The notes under the pieces: model-generated
Database searches by the model: none
Seen by the model: the letters and a program-made list of their open reading frames with translations, nothing else
What the model was told of the DNA's origin: nothing
Made by a program: the position numbers and the translations under genes
DNA from: Camelus ferus
Taxonomy: Eukaryota
DNA: 64,000 nt
Assembly (NCBI RefSeq): GCF_009834535.1
Contig: NC_045697.1
Coordinates: forward strand, 91,328,001-91,392,000
Reading direction: 5' to 3'
In this document: positions 38,269 to 51,438 of the stretch, one piece after another
Layout of the letters: the number at the start of each line of letters is the position of its first letter
Numbering within the stretch: the first letter of the stretch is position 1

Positions 38269-40256
38269 GTAGACGTGCCCTGGGAGAGGAGCACCGTGTC
38301 TCTCCCCGCCATTCCTCTCTGTCCTGACAGCCAGGTGTCTGAGAGGAGCAGTGTCGAGTGGGCAGTGGGGCCTCCGGGGGAAGGGGGAAATGCATTAGAA
38401 ACACACCTCGGGTCTGAAGGTAGTGGTTTTGAGGGCCCTGGGCCTCTGAACAACATTGTATCCATCTTGGGAAGGTGCTGCTCTCTCTTAAGAGAGGAAG
38501 GTAGATTCCAAGACTTCCTGGGAAGTGAGTGGCCGGTGGGGAACAGGGAACATTTGGATGTTTGCACAGCTGCTTCCTCTTTTCCTCTGGGAGCAGCTCT
38601 GCTGGAGAGAGGTGTCTGGCCTTACTGGGTCCTGCCGTGGTCGACTGCACCTTTGGGGAGGACGGGTGTGAGCAGGCCTGCCAGGTTAGGGTCGTGTCAA
38701 GGTGGAGCTCAGAGGAGGAGTAAATTTGATGAGTTCTCCTTGGATGGACTTTGCCCAATTGTTCTTGGGGATTTCTCTGGATTTACTTCTAAACCACTTT
38801 TCCCCTTAAAAGTGTGGAGGGTTGGGTCCTTGATGACCTGCCTCAGCATGAAGCTAGGCTGATTTGCTCCCATGGCCTGGAGGCTCCTCCTGGAAGAGAG
38901 CCCGCGTGCCTCTCCTCCTGCTGTGTCGTCAGTCAGCTGCCTGCTTTGCGAAATGGACTCTTGCACCATTGTCGAGTGTGGGCTGAACTGACCCCTCGGC
39001 CCTCACCCGAGTGGTGACTATCCCTCAGGCACTTGGGATGATCGAATCTGATTACTGTGTTTGGGATCTCTGTGACAAAACATGTTGTGTCCACACAAAC
39101 ACGCAGGCTTACGTGACCACTCCGATGCCTCCATAGGCCAGACGCCAGCCTGTGGAGTGGATGGAGTGTCTCCCTGGGCTCTGCAGGATAAACACCGTCT
39201 GTTTGCCTTAGAGTCTGCAGCATCAACTGTTCAGCACTGGCGATTTCTGTCCAGGAGTTAGGGGCCCAGTATAAGAGGAGTAAACGTTAACACAGCTTAT
39301 GGAAGGTTTTAGCTGAAACCCTGCTCTTGGTTGAGCAGGAGAAATAACTTGAGTTTCCCCATCTCCGTGTCATGTAGATAAAATCACTCTGGTAATGATC
39401 AGGGTGATGGAGGTAGTTTGACAAACTGGACAACTGGGTGTTAATGCAACCTACTGACACACAGAGAGACCTGGAGGGACTGTGAGGCTCTGTAGGGCCC
39501 CCGAGGCCACCTTTGCTCTCAGGAAGAGGCCTCTCATTCCCAGTCGGCAGCGATTTGACCTTCTCGGTGTGCTGTCGTTCTTCTGAGTGGGGTGTGGTGG
39601 ACAGCACTTCTCCAGCTGTTCACAGGCTAGGGGCGAGGGTGGAGTATAGGAGCAGAGGGGACTTGTGTTCCCATCATGGGGTCCCCAGTATGTGTTGGGA
39701 GTATCTCCCACTTGGCGAGGACTCTGATTCTCAGGCTGCTCAGTAATGGTCAAGGCCTGAGTTTTAGAACCAGAGGCAATGGATTTCTCCCCTCAGTTCC
39801 CCAGCGTTCTGTGCGTGCGCTGCCTGTGTGGCTGCTCTCATTTCCTCAGTGTTATTGAGAACCCAGGCCTTGGTGGCCTCCAGCAGGGGCGGACAGACCT
39901 GGTTAGTGGGCAGTGATTTATCCCTTGACACTTAGGGAGTCAGTGCTTTCGTGTTGCCAGCAGGCCAGCAACTGCTGCTATAGATGGTGGCAGGGCAGGG
40001 GCGTTACAGGAAGCCTCGTAGGAGAAGCTGGTTTTGGAGACTTCTGCAGTGTTTTTACTTGAAACTGTTTCCATTTTGGGGACTGAAATGACTCCTGTAT
40101 CATTTTATTAGCAGTGTCGTTAGGGTGTTTAGTCTCTTAACCTGGCAATGACCTGGAGTTTGGGGGTTGGAGGGGAAGCTAACTTGGGGCCTTCTGACAA
40201 ACTTCTTTTTGTGTGGCAGAAGGGTAACCTGGCTGCCCTGTTTTCTTGTTAACTAG

Positions 40257-40444
40257 GGTCGTGTCTGAAGAGAAGTCCCTCATGTTCATCAGGCCTAAGA
40301 AATACATCATCTCTTCGGGCTCCGAGCCTCCAGAGCTGGGCTATGTGGATATCCGGACGCTGGCCGACAGTGTGTGCCGTTACGATCTCAATGACATGGA
40401 CGCTGCGTGGCTGGAACTGACCAATGAGGAGTTTAAGGAGATGG
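40257..40444 (+). CDS. JADE1: JADE1 exon 5: [16 protein letters not shown]...[21 protein letters not shown](G), EPC-like domain I
   Basis: ttaactag|G...ATGG|gtgaga; 188 nt, cumulative 484. Confidence 0.97.
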
Positions 40445-43002
40445 GTGAGAGAGCCCGTGGGCTGTGGTTTGTTAACGAACGATGAGTAGAGAAGTCTGTT
40501 AAGCCTGCAGGTGAGAGTGGAGACTCCTCACCGCCTGGCAACGCCAGCTCCATCACAGCCTGTTAGTCTACGAGTCATGGGCTCTTTGTTGGACGTGCGC
40601 TTGTCCGGCTGTGGCAGGTGTGTTGAGACGGACGCCGAGTCTGTGTGTGGCTCGTGGACGAGAGTGGTGGGATTGATGAGGGATGAATTCTGTGCGTGTG
40701 TGGAGCAGGGTCTGCAGTCCCTGCCCCGATTTCCACCCCTCCCCCCACTTACTTACTTCAAGGGAACAGTCCAGAGACATGAAGCGCTTCCCCAAGGCCA
40801 CAGAAGGTCTGGTCCACACAATTTCCTGCTCTGGTGGGGTTTTTTGTTTTTCCCTCAAAAAAAAAAAATTTCTGCAGTGCTATTCAGATCTTCAGCTGTG
40901 GCTGTTTTTTCACAGTAAACTCCACTCCATCCAAGCTCACCATATTCCAAACACATAGTTGTGTTTTCACCTCAGTGATTCTCCTTAAGTCCTTCTCCAA
41001 ACACAAGTGCTTTTTCCTCTTACCCGTTGATCTCTGTCCAGGCTTACCTTTGGGGAAGCCCTGCCTTGGTTGAGTGCCCTGCCTGTCGTGACCTCTTTTC
41101 TATAAGTTGGTCATTTTTGTGTACATACAGCTCGGGGCTCCTGCACCTCATCTGCCTGCATCTCCTGCTGTCAAGACCAGGATGGCACTTGTCTCACACA
41201 CCACTGCTGATAGCTCAGGGTTGCCTCAGGTGTGGTGATGGCGAGTCTAGGAGGTCAAGCTTTGGTTCCCTGTGAGAGACTGAGAGGGTTAGTGAGCATC
41301 TGTGCTGTAGGTCAAGGTTGGGAAGTGGTGGCACGGGCTACTTGTGTGCAGTCTAGCACTCGGGAAATATTTATGCAGTGTTATGCAGCTGATTTCAAAG
41401 TTCTGAAGGGTTAAGACTGTGTCTTGTACAGATCCCTAAGCCTGGCGTGTGAGGGCTGCTCGTGTTGGGCTGCCACTCTGCTCCCCAGCCTTGGAGTGGG
41501 AGTGATGGTGTGGACTGTTACTCAGATACTTGAACAAAGTAATTTCCTTCCTCAAAGTCCTTGCTTTTAGGTATTAGGGTCCAGAACGTTAGGCTGGGAG
41601 GAGGTTGCTTTACAGAGTGGCCAGAAGTTTTCAGAGCTCTCTTGGAACTGAGTACTATATTCCAGCTTCATAGATGATGAAGTTCTGCTTTGTAAAGACC
41701 CGCACTTGACTGACTGGGTGTCCTGTGTTAAGTCAGAGGGACAGACAGCCAGGGACACCAGAGACCTCTGGATGGTTTTGCTGGGGAGTGCTGGGCTACC
41801 TCAGCAGATTGCAAGGTAGTGCTGAGAGTTTTGGCAGGATAAAGGGTGCACTTGTATGATATAAATTGAACACATGCTTCAAGATGTTTCCTTTGGCTTT
41901 TTTGGTCATTTTAATGGTAAAAATTATAGGGCGTAGGATGATATTTTCAGAGCCAGTGGTGTTTTTTCAAGCTGGTAAGAGGAATTGAGATGAAATTAGG
42001 GGGCTGCACAGAGACCATCTCCTCATTAAACAGGGCTTGAAATGATAGGTGGCTTTTTGGAATATGTGTTGAGGGCTTATTGCAATGTCAGCGCTAATGT
42101 GTTCTCCAAGTTTTTAAAGACTTGAGAAGTGTTAATTAAATTTATGATAATGCTAAAAAGTTGTTGTTGGCTGTAATGACATTTTTATTGTTTCTTGCCA
42201 CTTAAATATGTTTGACTGTTTTTTACAACCTATTTTTTTTTTTCTTTCTGCATGAGTACTTTCATTGTAGGAAGTTTGGGATACGTCTGCAAATGGAGGA
42301 AAATAAGAGTCTTATCCCACTAGCTCTAACCACGATAACCGCTTGAAGTTTATTTTTGATCATTCTTGCATAAGAATGCATTTTGTTTGATTCACAAGGA
42401 GCTGTCTCCTTTGCTTCAGACATTCCTTGTGTTTCCTGCGTCTTTCATGCGTCTGATTAACTATGCGTCTCAACTTAGTAAATTCAGAGAGTGAGGAGGG
42501 ATAAACCAGGTAAAAACATTTGAGTGTTTACGGTGAAGGCTGTTCACAGAGCACCACTTTAAAGCAGCAAAAAAGGAATGTTTTTGGAAGAAAAAAAAAC
42601 CCCAAACTGTAATATGTGGTCATAGTTTTAAAGTCGCTTACATGTTAGTTGTTAAGTATAATAATATTGTAATGAAATGACAGTCTAACAGTATATGTGT
42701 TTAAGATCCTTGAACCCTTTTGGGATTTATCTTCGGCTTTTCTGCTTGCAGCCCTCCGGTGCCTGACCGTAAGGAGCAAACTGCTGTGGGGAAGGCTCCT
42801 CCTGCCTTTTGATTTACAGACCCTTTCTTGGAAGGGTCTGAGAGGCACTCAGTAGAGAATATTTGGGGCACTCAGGATAGATTTGTTTATAGTATTATTT
42901 ATTCTTTGTGAATTTTTTATAAGTATAAATAAATGAATATTGTCTTACAATATTTATTCATATAGATTCATTAAAATGGGTTTTGTGGCATTTTTCGTCC
43001 AG

Positions 43003-43214
43003 GAATGCCCGAGTTAGATGAATACACAATGGAAAGGGTGCTGGAGGAGTTTGAACAGCGATGCTACGACAACATGAATCACGCTATAGAGACCGAGGAA
43101 GGGCTGGGGATCGAGTATGACGAGGATGTCGTCTGCGACGTCTGCCAGTCGCCTGACGGTGAGGACGGCAACGAGATGGTGTTCTGTGACAAGTGCAACA
43201 TCTGTGTGCACCAG
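43003..43214 (+). CDS. JADE1: JADE1 exon 6: [17 protein letters not shown]...[27 protein letters not shown], first half of PHD1
   Basis: tcgtccag|GA...CAG|gtatgt; 212 nt, cumulative 696. Confidence 0.98.
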
Positions 43215-43491
43215 GTATGTCCCTCCTGGCAGGGTCTATGAGTTAAAGAAGTGTGCCTGACCCTTCTGTTCTAATAGGTCCTTACAGTGTTTGAAGTGTT
43301 TCTTGCTACTTTTACAACCAGGAGAATAGGATCCTCTGTGGAACTTGTTCTTCCTTCACATAGTGTTCTTATTCCCGTCCACAGAAGTCAGGTTTATAGA
43401 ATATATGAGCCCCGCTGCCCTGCTCTGTTACCTGGGTGTAGCTATTAAGAACACTGGGAGAAAACAACTCTTGGGAAGGTGGTTCGTTTGC

Positions 43492-43951
43492 TGTGTCAGT
43501 TTGCTAGGGCTGCTGTAACAAAGTGCCACAGGCTGGATGGCTGAAAGTAACAGAAATTTATTCTCTTGCTCTCTGGACACTAGAACTCTGAAATCAAGGT
43601 GTTGGCAGGGCCGTGCTCCCTCTGAAACCTGCAGTGGAATCCTTCCTCTCCTCTTCTAGCTCCTGGTGGTTTGCTGACAGTTGTCGGCGTTTCTTGGTTT
43701 GCAGCTGCACGACTCTGGTCTCAGGCTCCCTCATCAGATGGTGTCCTCCCTGAGCATCTGTGTCTGCACACATGACCGTCGTCTTGTAAAGACACCAGTC
43801 ATACTGGATTGAGGGCTCATGCTACTCCAGTGTGACCTCATCTTAACTGATCACATCTGCTGCGACCCTATTTCCAAATAAGGTCACATTTCGAGGTACC
43901 AGGGTTAGGGCTTAACTTTAACATGTATTTTGGGGACACAAACACATAACG
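43492..43951 (-). mobile_element. MLT1C-like (MaLR) solo LTR with perfect 5-bp TSD
   Basis: Starts tgtgtcagtttgctagggctgctgtaacaaa and ends cataacg; tttgc lies at 43487-43491 and 43952-43956. Confidence 0.88.
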
Positions 43952-46048
43952 TTTGCTAACATGTGTTAGTATGTAAGCCAAGCCCTTGAACAGCAGGAAA
44001 GGGGCCCCTTTTCTTGGAAGTTACTTCCTGTCCTCCCAATGCCAGTAGGATTTGGTGGTTGCTTCAGTAAGGATGAGCACCGGGTAATTTAAAAAGCTTG
44101 AGTCTCACTCTTGACTCTTCATGGCTGTCAGTTATTTTTTAAGGCAGTAATGAAATAATTTGTGCTTCTGTGGGGGTGCGTGTTCGCACATGCTCTTAGT
44201 TAGAGGCTGTCCTGAGGTACTTTCTTTGAATTCACTTGTTGATGTCGAGACTCGTGTGGGATAGTTGCTTGGGTGACCTCCTGGGAAGAAGAATCAAGTT
44301 GGCTCTGTGAAGCTCCTAAATAGCATTTTCTTTATCCTCCGTCTGCTTCCTGGGCTTCCCTTTGGCCTGAGGACTGTGCTGGCTGTGGCCTTGCCCCGCC
44401 TCATCCTGCCGAGACAGGAGACCACGGTCTCTTGCTTATAAAGTCATGTTTTGGCCCATCTTGTAGCTTTGGATTTTCAAATTATCTAGGAGCTTCCTGG
44501 TGATGATGGGGGAATTCATGAGCATTGTGACTAGTGTTGTTGCTTTTTTGTTTCAGTGTTTTTTTTCCTGCCATTTTACTTTTTTTTTTTTTTCCCTGAG
44601 AAAAAAATGTTATTTGGAAAAAAGGGTACTGCTTGAAAACTACTCAAACCCCTGTTTTATAAATGAGTCAACTGATGTCAGGGTGGTCTGTTCAGGGTGC
44701 TGCCATGGGTAGTGGCAGAGTTGGAACTGGATCTGGGGGCTCGGGACCCCCCACCACATCCCCATGCCCGGTCTCCTTTCTTTCAGCCGAACCGCAGTGT
44801 GTCTTTCCTTAAGATTTCTTTGTGGTTCCTTTTTTCTTTTGAGAAATTCTTCATGACTTGTCTTTAAGGCATCCTTTACTTAATCTTTTAATTTACTTAG
44901 ACTTGCTTTTCCAGTTAAAAAAAAAAGTTACTTCTTCACGTGTGACATTTTCTAGAATGCCTGGTATAGACCTTTTTAGGATTTGAAACCTTAATAGTGT
45001 CATTTAGCTCCTCTAAAAAGTTTTTTTTTCCAGTAAGTCTGTGTTGACAGTGGCTCTTTCATGGCACCGACGCAGCGCTCCTGAGTGCCAGTCTTGGTGT
45101 CACTTAGCTTCACTGAGCTCTCATCCTGTGGTTTCCTATTTTGCGTCCTGGTATTCAGATTGCATAGCGGCTGTGTTTTTCCTGTCTGGAGGATTGGAGC
45201 TCTGTTACTCTGTCTCTCCACTTCCTGACTTGTAGTTCATTTGAGGATAAAGTTCTGAACAGTTTGGTGTTTTTACAAGGCTCTGAGTGTGCTCCTGGTA
45301 CCATCATGGTTTTGTTTCTTCACTTCTTTAATGTTTGCCTTTTCTTTCTCTGAACTATGTTGATGACTTTGAGTTGCCTTGATTTCTGCAGTTTTTGCTG
45401 TCCTGTCTGATTTTGCCATGTTATGCAGAGCAGGCTTTGTTTTAAATACCAGCTAAAGAGGCCAAATTGTCTTTGTCTAGAATGCCTCATTTTCCCATGT
45501 CTTGTGTTCCCTTGGGAGTGCTGGGGCCTAGGTAGGAGCGTCTCCTTGACCTGGGGATGACGCTGCTCCGTAGTCCCCTCTCGTTCCCACTGCCATCCCA
45601 TGTGGTAGCTTTGGGAGACTCTCAAAGCTCTGTTTTTTTCCTCACTTTGTATCCCACCCACATCAGTAAATCCCCCACTGAGCCCTGGAGAGCGAGGATT
45701 TACTGCCCAACATTTAGAAACTTGGTATAGGTGGTGTTTGCAGCAGTTCAGCAGAGTTTTTGTAAACCTTTTTGTCCTTAAGTTCTTTTTAGGACCACCT
45801 TCTGGTAAATAAATAAATGTGTGGTACCCACAGATCTCAGACACCTCCTGACTGCTGCTGTGAGCCTGCCTGGCACTTCACCTGAAGGAAGAGGGTCGCG
45901 GCTGGGTGGACATGGGAGAGCCTCTGTTTTGATGGTGGTTCTGTTAAAATCTTTCTAGGTATTTTAAAATTAATTAATAGGCACACTGGGAAAAAATAAC
46001 TCTTTTCTCTTTGTCTCTTTTCCTTGGTGATGTGCTGTGGCTTGACAG

Positions 46049-46216
46049 GCCTGTTACGGAATCCTCAAGGTCCCAGAGGGCAGTTGGCTGTGCCGGACCT
46101 GTGCCCTCGGGGTTCAGCCCAAGTGTTTGCTGTGTCCTAAGAAAGGCGGCGCCATGAAACCCACCCGCAGCGGGACCAAGTGGGTCCACGTCAGTTGTGC
46201 GCTGTGGATCCCCGAG
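46049..46216 (+). CDS. JADE1: JADE1 exon 7: [18 protein letters not shown]...[32 protein letters not shown] (end of PHD1 and zinc knuckle)
   Basis: ttgacag|GCC...GAG|gtgggt; 168 nt, cumulative 864. Confidence 0.98.
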
Positions 46217-47418
46217 GTGGGTGCGCCCCCCCGCGGCTCCGTGCGGGGGCCGTGGCTGTTCATTCTCATGGGGAGCCACTCAGAAGGCCGCCTTGTAGCT
46301 GATGAGTGAAAGGACACCTGAATTGCTATCCTTTTCTTCACATTAGTTGAATCCCAGGCGTGCTGCCGTCTGGCCACTCACGGTGCGTAAACTTGCGGAA
46401 ACAGTAGCTGGAAGTGGCGGCGAGTTGGGCTCTCGGGTGGGCGTGTTGAGACTCCCTGCAGACGCCACTGCGGCTGGCCCCCCACTGCCGACACGCGCCT
46501 GGGAGTGCCCCTGTCCTGCCCCCGCACACAGCACGGTTGTGGTTGGAGGACCACTGCTCTAGGCCACGTTTTTGTGATTTTTTTTAATTAAGATTCTTAC
46601 TTTGCCTCAACCTTCTTAATTTCAGGTCTGGTCTAATTTATTTCAAGTCCCAGACCTTGACTAATTTAATTTGCATGGCTCACTTTGAGAGTATCATTTG
46701 TGATTCACATTTCATCATTTTTTGGTGTATGATTTTGGTGCATTTTCCTCCAGAGGAAACTTATCTGGGGGTGATTTGGATTGAGGCTTCGAGACTTGGG
46801 TCTTGGTAGCACAGGATCTCACGGTTTGGTGTTAGCAGGGATGTGGTTCAGTGATCCAGGCAGCATGCAGAGAGGGTACCTTATTTATCCCGGTAGTTCT
46901 GCACTTTGAATGTGGTAATTGTTTCTGACTGAAGAGAGTAGTTTTCTTTAGTGGGAGAGAGATTACAGGCAGTTACTATTTATGCACTCCATTGTTCACC
47001 GACGACTTAAGCATATTTAAGGTGGGTCTTCAGTCTTGACCACTTCTCTGAGGGTCAGAGGTGCAGTAGGTTACACTGTCCTGGTACATGTGCACCTTTG
47101 CTGTCAGACACTCGCTGAGCAGTGAACATTCCAGTTATCCGAGTGTTTCTGCAAACGGGACTTCTGTCTCAGATGACCCCTGGAGGACAGAGCACAGGGA
47201 CTAGGCTGTGGTCTCGTGCTGCTGGCCCAGAGCTGGCCACTGTGCTGTCCTGATGCTTTAATGTGGGGCTTTGCCTGTGCGAGGAGGGCGAGCGCCCCTG
47301 GCCACCATCTGGTAGGAGGTCCACGGGAAGGGAACGAGCCTTTAAATTTCTACCATTTGTGTTCAGCCTTTGCCTGTCTGACGGCCTCTGCCCCGTCTTG
47401 CTGTTTCTCGGCCTCTAG

Positions 47419-47535
47419 GTGAGCATCGGCAGCCCAGAGAAGATGGAGCCCATCACGAAGGTGTCTCACATCCCCAGCAGTCGGTGGGCACTGGTGTGCA
47501 GCCTCTGCAACGAGAAGTTTGGGGCCTCCATACAG
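47419..47535 (+). CDS. JADE1: JADE1 exon 8: [39 protein letters not shown] (start of PHD2)
   Basis: cctctag|GTG...CAG|gtaatc; 117 nt, cumulative 981. Confidence 0.98.
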
Positions 47536-50500
47536 GTAATCAACTTAGCACAGCACCATCACCCTTCACTGCCTTGTGGGGAGCAGGACATGGGGGTGCT
47601 TTGTGAAGTCACCATTAGAGGACTTGGAAATGGGACTAGAATCCAGGAAGCGGGACGAGGTTCTCACAGCCCGTCTGCGGTTGCTGAGGAATGTCTCCGG
47701 CCTGGTACACATGCCTTTATTGGCAGATTGTATCCAGTGTAGCCAGAATCCCAGCTGTAACCATCTCAGGGCAACTCAGAAGTCTGATTGAGCTGCAAGG
47801 CAGTTCTAGTTTGTATCTGGTTTCTCCCTTCCCGCATTAAAGCCTGGCATCTTGGCTCTTTCCACAGGCTGACAGCTCTGGGGAAGAGCCAGAGTCTTGG
47901 CCTGGAGGGTCAGCCTCCCCCTCACCTGCCGAGCGGCAGACCTGCCCCTGTAGCTGCACCTGCCACTGCTGGTTTCTGAGGTGTGCACGTGGAGGGTGTC
48001 GTATCTTAGTGTACACTGTTTGAAATCAGCTTGGCATGCTGGTGTTTTTGCAAAGTTAGGTAAAACAGGGACTCCTCAGGAGCATCAGCTGGGTCTAGGG
48101 ACACCCTCGAGGTGCTGCGCCAGGGTTCCTTGCAGAAGCTGTTAGCTTGAACACAGTCTGGATATCTGATTCTTTATGGCAGCGTGTGTAGGGGAGGGTG
48201 AGAGGGAGGGTGGGGAAGGGGAGCTTGTACGTAAAAAGTTTTACCTGTAGTTTCTTTGTCCACATACAGGCAAGTGTAGAAAGTCATAAGGTAGATAGAA
48301 TCAAGGAGAGAATATAGATGGCATGCTGTTTTCTCACATTGTCTAAAGCACTACTTGAGAAGTTAATTTCTGGGCCTCACATTTTTGGTGTCATGACAGT
48401 CATGCCTTGAGAGGCCTGAAATGCTGTTCCACTAAGGTCTCCAAATGCTGTGTGTGGCTGACAGTTGGCCCTTTGAGTCTGGCTCTTCCTCTGGGAGGTA
48501 TCAGCTCAGGGCCACTGGCTCTTCCTCAGTCCCTGTGTCACCTTCTGAGAGCAGAGGTGCTATTTTGGGGTGGCTTCTCTCTCGATGCAGAGAACACAGT
48601 GGCTCAGCAAAGACACAGACTCCACAAACTTGGCCAAACTGCCAGTCATGGGTTTTAAAGAAATGACCTCATTTGGCAAAATCAGTTTGTATTTTGGCTG
48701 ATAAATACTTCTCTTGGTAAAGTATCCACTGACTGGTGGGTTTTTTTTTTTTTAAAGAGTTTTTGTTTTGCACGCCAAGTAGTTGTACTTTTCTTCATTA
48801 TCACTTCCACTGGTGTTCAAGAATCCAAAACGTAACAAAAATATTCAGGGGGTGAGGCATGAGACGGCTGGTGGGATTTGGCTGTGGACCTTGAAAATAG
48901 TGCAGATTTTTGTATGTGAATGGAATCTGCTTAAAACTAAGACATGACAGAAGCCCCTGGCCTGAGAGTTGTCCTGGGAGGGAATGGAGGAGGAATTTTT
49001 TTAAAGCCTCAAAATTAAAAAAAAAAGACATCAGAGCTGGGTGTGCGTATGCGTGTGGACTACTCACGTGAACACTTGCAGGAATTGAGCTGTGACAAAC
49101 CAAGGAAAATGGAAGTCATTTTCTTCCAAGTTACCTGATGTTCTTCTGAGGATAGAGTTTACACCCGTTACTGAGCGAGCACGCCAGTCCTGGTCCATAA
49201 CTGATGTTTACAAGAGGTCAGCGAATGGGATCTCTGCTTCTCTTCTGAGAAGAAGAGACAATAAAACGACTTTTTTTGTTGCTGTTGACCTCTTTTTCCC
49301 AGAACATTAATTTAAAACAGAAAAGCCATGGAAGGTTGATGATTTTTCATATCTGCACAGATTAGATTGATTTTATTAAAGAATTCCTGTCTGAAATGTC
49401 TGCAGCTGGGCAGGCTCTGGCTTACGTTTCTGTAACATCTGTTTGCTGAGTCAACCTGAATAGGAAAACCCAGAGGAAGGCCATTTGGCGCCTTTACAAA
49501 GTCCCATGTAAATGTTCTGCTGCGGCGCGTTCCCCTTTAAGGTCGGAGTGCTGAGTTACAGTGTCGTTTAAGCCAAACACGGGTAGTGTCTCTGTCATCT
49601 GTTCCCACTTTACTTCCCACTTGGATGCGTGCTAAGGGGGAGCACTTTGTCTCTTACTGGTAGTGGCCAGGTGTGTGTGTGTGTGTTCTGCCACTAAAGC
49701 TGACTTCACACATTTCTTGGAACTGAGGTTATTATTATAGATAAAATTACAGATTTATGTTAGTTCATGTGCTTTAAGTGTTTGCAGTGGGGGGATTGAT
49801 TTTCTGTGAAGGGAGCTGGATTTTCTGTACTTCTGGGTAAAAGAGACTTTATAATAATGGAAGAAATCATGACTGGCAGTGAGTCACCTCTTAAATACTG
49901 AAGTGATTAGGGCAAGAAGTCCCAACCCAAGGCTCTGCCGTTCGCGGTGATGCCATGCAGGCCTGTTGGATGAGCTTAATTAAGCTTTTCCGCTGGCCTG
50001 TGGCCACTCGGGTCTGTTCCTCTCTGCAGCCCTGGCGTGCCTGGGATCACTTGGCCTCACACAATACAGTGTTGCTTTTTAAGGGACTGGCTTCAGTCTC
50101 CACAAGGAACCTCCTTCCAGGGATTCGCCCAGCATGATCAGATGGGGAGAAGTTAATCACTTTTCTCCTGCTAGGCCTCCGGCTTGCTGCCTGGATTCAA
50201 GGCCTTGCACTCTAGCCCTGGTGAGGCCTTTGTGGAGGAGGGTTAGGAGGGGCGGGGGGAAGGCAGAGCTGGGTGATGCCTGGTCTCTGGGCATCGGGTC
50301 CCTCACAGGTCTCAGTGCTTGGACCCCACTGGCCTGGAAGCCTTCTGCACCTGGTGAAGCTTCCTTGGGTGCAGAGACCTCTCCCGTCCTCCGTGCTGGA
50401 CTCACCTGATCTCCTCTTCCTTTCCACTCCTTGGAAGTTGTTATTCACCCTCCTCAGTCTTGAGTGGCCCTTGGCTGCTGGGAGCAATGTACCGTTTATT

Positions 50501-50889
50501 TCCCCCTTGTGTTGGGACCTGTCTTGCGGGAGGTAAGAATGAGAATTCACATTCCTTTAAACACTCTGACTAGTGGCCTTTCTTCCTGCGGAGATACACA
50601 TGCCACCTATGTAATTGTGTCCTCTTTAAGAGGTGATTTGGATGCAGTTGCTTTTCTGAGAAAGTTATGGTTTGGTTTATGAAAAAAGAGGTCCCTTAAA
50701 TCCCAAGCCTTAGCTTACCGAAGACACGACTAGATCTGCCAGGGTTAATCCACGTAAAGCTTGCCCGTCCCGCCCCGCTCAGAGTGCGGCTGTACCTGTG
50801 CATGTAGCTGTGAGGCACCCGGCACCCAGGGCTCCAGTCACTGTCACTCTGTAACCTCTCCTCTCTTGTTCTCTGCGTGTTCTTGCCAG

Positions 50890-51411
50890 TGCTCTGTGAA
50901 GAACTGCCGCACGGCCTTCCATGTCACCTGTGCTTTTGACCGCGGCCTGGAGATGAAGACCATCTTGGCGGAGAACGATGAAGTCAAGTTCAAGTCCTAC
51001 TGCCCGAAGCATAGCTCACATCGCAAACCCGAGGAGACCCTCGGTGAGGGGGCCAGTCAGGAGAATGGGGCTCCTGAGTGCTCCCCCCGGGATCCACTGG
51101 AGCCCTTTGCCAGCCTGGAGCAGAATCAGGAGGAGGCTCACCGGGTGAGTGTCCGCAAGCAGAAGCTGCAGCAGCTGGAGGATGAGTTCTACACCTTCGT
51201 CAACCTGCTGGATGTTGCCAGGGCCCTGCGGCTGCCTGAGGAGGTAGTGGATTTCCTGTACCAGTACTGGAAGTTGAAGAGGAAGGTCAACTTCAACAAG
51301 CCCCTGATCACTCCAAAGAAAGATGAAGAGGACAATCTAGCGAAGCGGGAGCAGGATGTCTTGTTTAGGAGGCTGCAGCTGTTCACTCACCTGCGGCAGG
51401 ACCTGGAGAGG
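50890..51411 (+). CDS. JADE1: JADE1 exon 9: [14 protein letters not shown]...YCPKH...[11 protein letters not shown] (end of PHD2, start of domain II)
   Basis: tcttgccag|TGC...AGG|gtaatg; 522 nt, cumulative 1503. Confidence 0.98.
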
Positions 51412-51438
51412 GTAATGATTGACACTGACACCTTGTAG
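51412..51438 (+). CDS. JADE1: JADE1S-specific C-terminal extension VMIDTDTL* (donor read-through; 509-aa isoform)
   Basis: In-frame continuation into the intron to TAG; 501+8=509 aa, matching the known short isoform's length and C-terminus. Confidence 0.92.
   Translation, partial: VMIDTDTL

Noticed and set aside
38084..38862. 217-224 aa ORFs around exon 4 on both strands
   Set aside because: Antisense or off-frame shadows of exon 4 extended into GC-rich intron; no recognisable homology.
39875..39895. CTCF-like CCAGCAGGGGCGG
   Set aside because: One base short of the core spacing, so a poor match.
46225..46250. GC hairpin just after the exon 7 donor (cccccgc / gcggggg)
   Set aside because: Only a 7-8 bp stem in GC-rich sequence, which is expected by chance.
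50761..50889. Cys-rich N-terminal part of the 225-aa ORF
   Set aside because: Intronic sequence upstream of the acceptor at 50889 that happens to lack stops; phase accounting fixes the exon start at 50890.
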